DNA of 64,000 nucleotides from Gemmatimonadota bacterium (GTDB lineage Bacteria > Gemmatimonadota > Gemmatimonadetes > Gemmatimonadales > GWC2-71-9), in assembly GCA_041500125.1 (NCBI GenBank), contig JBGQLP010000002.1, forward strand, positions 92,322-156,321, in the 5' to 3' direction. How positions within the stretch are numbered: the first letter of the stretch is position 1; each line of letters opens with the position of its first letter. Shown here piece after piece: positions 62,607-64,000 of this stretch. Made by a program: the position numbers and the translations under genes. The notes beneath the pieces were generated by a model that saw nothing but the letters and a program-made list of their open reading frames with translations, did no database searches and was not told the origin of the DNA.

Positions 62607-64000
62607 ATGGGCCAATTAGTCGGGCGGCTTCTCCCCCGGCGAGCCGAGCTGCGGCCTATGCTTCGGCTGGCGGTGCCGGTAGTCATCATCCAGGTAGGGA
62701 TGATGGCTATGGGCGTCGTCGATACCATCATGGTTGGCCACGTCTCAGCCCAGGCTTTGGCGGCGGTGGCTCTGGGGAATCTCTACTTCTTTTCCCTTGC
62801 CATCTTCGGTATGGGAACGTTGATGGTCCTGGATCCGGTAGTGGCTCAGGCGGTCGGCGCCGGAGACCAACCCGCCATCGCACGGGCGGTTCAGCGCGGC
62901 TGTCTCATGGCAATACTGCTCGCCATTCCCACATCCATCCTCTTGACCGTAGCCGCGCCGCTGTTCGAGCTGGCCCACCAGCCGCCCGAAGTCATACCCC
63001 TTGCCGCGCGCTATTCAGTTCGGACAGCGCCCGGGGTTCTTCCATTCCTGCTCTTCATCGTCTTCCGCCAAAGCCTTCAGGCCATAGGACGCATCGCGCC
63101 AATCGTCGGGGCGATCCTGGCCGCCAACCTGGCCAATGGTCTATTGAATTGGGCTCTCATATTCGGCCACCTCGGCTTCCCTGCCATGGGCGTGGCGGGG
63201 TCGGCCTGGGCCACATCCGTGAGCCGGGGGCTCCTGGTGCTGGGACTCTGGCTGGGGGCGAGGCGCCGGCTCATCCCGATGCTCTACCCGGTCAGACCCG
63301 AGACCTGGCACCTGGAACCGCTGCGCCGGATGCTCCGGCTCGGGGCCCCGATCGGAGCGCAGCATGTGCTGGAGTTCGGAGCCTTCGCTCTCGTAGCCCT
63401 GATGATGGGATGGATCGGAACCCGCGAGATGGCCGGGCACCAGATCGCCATCAATATGGCGGCCCTCACGTTCATGGTCCCGCTGGGCGTGGGAGACGCC
63501 GCCTCGGTCCTGGTAGGCCGCGCCGTGGGGCGGGGGGACGTGCTCGGCACCCGGGCCGCCGCTCGAGCCGCCTTCGCCTGTGGCGCGGCGTTCATGTCGT
63601 TGACGGGAGCGGTGTTCCTCACTGCCCCCGCGGCGCTTGCCCGGCTGTATACCCAGGATCTCGACGTGATCGCGGTCGCCATCATCCTCATTCGGATCGC
63701 TGGGGTATTCCAGATATTCGACGGGCTTCAGGTAGTCGGGGTCGGTATTCTCCGGGGATTGGGAGATACCCGTGCGCCGATGCTGATTTGCCTGCTCGGG
63801 TATTGGCTGCTGGGCATACCCTTGAGCGCCTACCTGGCCTTTGGAGTCGGTCTAGGGCCGGCAGGTCTCTGGTGGGGTCTCGTTCTGGGCCTCGGAGTGG
63901 TGGCGATCCTGCTCCTCGCCCGGGTCCGTAGCCGCCTGGCGCGGAAACAGTCGCGGGTGATGATCGATAGTCAGCCTCCCCACGTCGCTGGCAGTCCCGA
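62607..64000 (+). CDS. MATE-family multidrug/toxin efflux transporter (3' end outside window)
   Basis: I translated from ATG 62607: MGQLVGRLLPRRAELRPMLRLAVPVVIIQVGMMAMGVVDTIMVGHVSAQALAAVALGNLYFF... The frame stays open to the window end. Absent from the ORF track because it has no stop. The pattern is typical of NorM/DinF-type MATE proteins. Confidence 0.8.
   Translation, partial: MGQLVGRLLPRRAELRPMLRLAVPVVIIQVGMMAMGVVDTIMVGHVSAQALAAVALGNLYFFSLAIFGMGTLMVLDPVVAQAVGAGDQPAIARAVQRGCLMAILLAIPTSILLTVAAPLFELAHQPPEVIPLAARYSVRTAPGVLPFLLFIVFRQSLQAIGRIAPIVGAILAANLANGLLNWALIFGHLGFPAMGVAGSAWATSVSRGLLVLGLWLGARRRLIPMLYPVRPETWHLEPLRRMLRLGAPIGAQHVLEFGAFALVALMMGWIGTREMAGHQIAINMAALTFMVPLGVGDAASVLVGRAVGRGDVLGTRAAARAAFACGAAFMSLTGAVFLTAPAALARLYTQDLDVIAVAIILIRIAGVFQIFDGLQVVGVGILRGLGDTRAPMLICLLGYWLLGIPLSAYLAFGVGLGPAGLWWGLVLGLGVVAILLLARVRSRLARKQSRVMIDSQPPHVAGSP

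Noticed and set aside
63149-63931. 260-aa plus-strand ORF from the track (Arg/Pro/Gly-rich)
   Set aside because: It is an alternate frame inside the MATE transporter gene (62607 to the window end), whose translation is a convincing 12-TM efflux protein.

Overview
High-GC (by eye about two-thirds G+C) chromosomal segment from a diderm bacterium. The protein sequences (GroEL, SecDF, LptE, an LpxH-like enzyme, an Omp85-type barrel) look Gemmatimonadota-like, but that is inference only because no search was run. I call about 60 protein genes and 2 tRNAs, with no rRNA, CRISPR array, integrase or transposase. Most of the window is conserved housekeeping: birA(3' end)-coaX, groES-groEL behind a sigma70-like promoter and CIRCE operator, serS, pcrA/uvrD, gatCAB, murA, pgeF, the rimP-nusA-L7Ae-infB-DUF503-rbfA-truB-ribF block, secDF, tatD, fhs, ridA, murI, an lpxH-like gene, lptE, rfaE-II, rph, rdgB, tRNA-Pro(TGG) and tRNA-Arg(TCT). 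Two calls are not in the supplied ORF track because they run off the window edges: a MATE efflux gene (62607 to the 3' edge) and the birA 3' end (1-130). Two things deserve a second look. (1) An accessory block at 10.2-19.9 kb holds a 1257-aa membrane-spanning SARP/BTAD + P-loop ATPase + periplasmic TolB-like/TPR regulator. It is divergent from a tight five-gene operon: one small cytoplasmic protein and four Sec-exported proteins. These are two OmpA-C-like proteins with Met/Gln- or Pro/Gln-rich low-complexity regions, an FN3 protein with a GGAAS(Q) array and an unknown C-domain, and a protein with two phage/eCIS tail-tube-like domains behind a signal peptide. No other contractile-tail genes are nearby. 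I do not recognise this as a described system. (2) A dispersed family of 7-9 bp purine-rich tandem repeats sits at stop/start codons of gene junctions. Usually a pyrimidine-rich inverted copy lies downstream in the direction of transcription, which would give long hairpins. Some arms are translated in frame as protein termini or as a signal-peptide core. All functional assignments come from motif recognition by eye; no database search, HMM or structure prediction was run. Many long ORFs in the track are antisense or alternate-frame artefacts of the high GC content.
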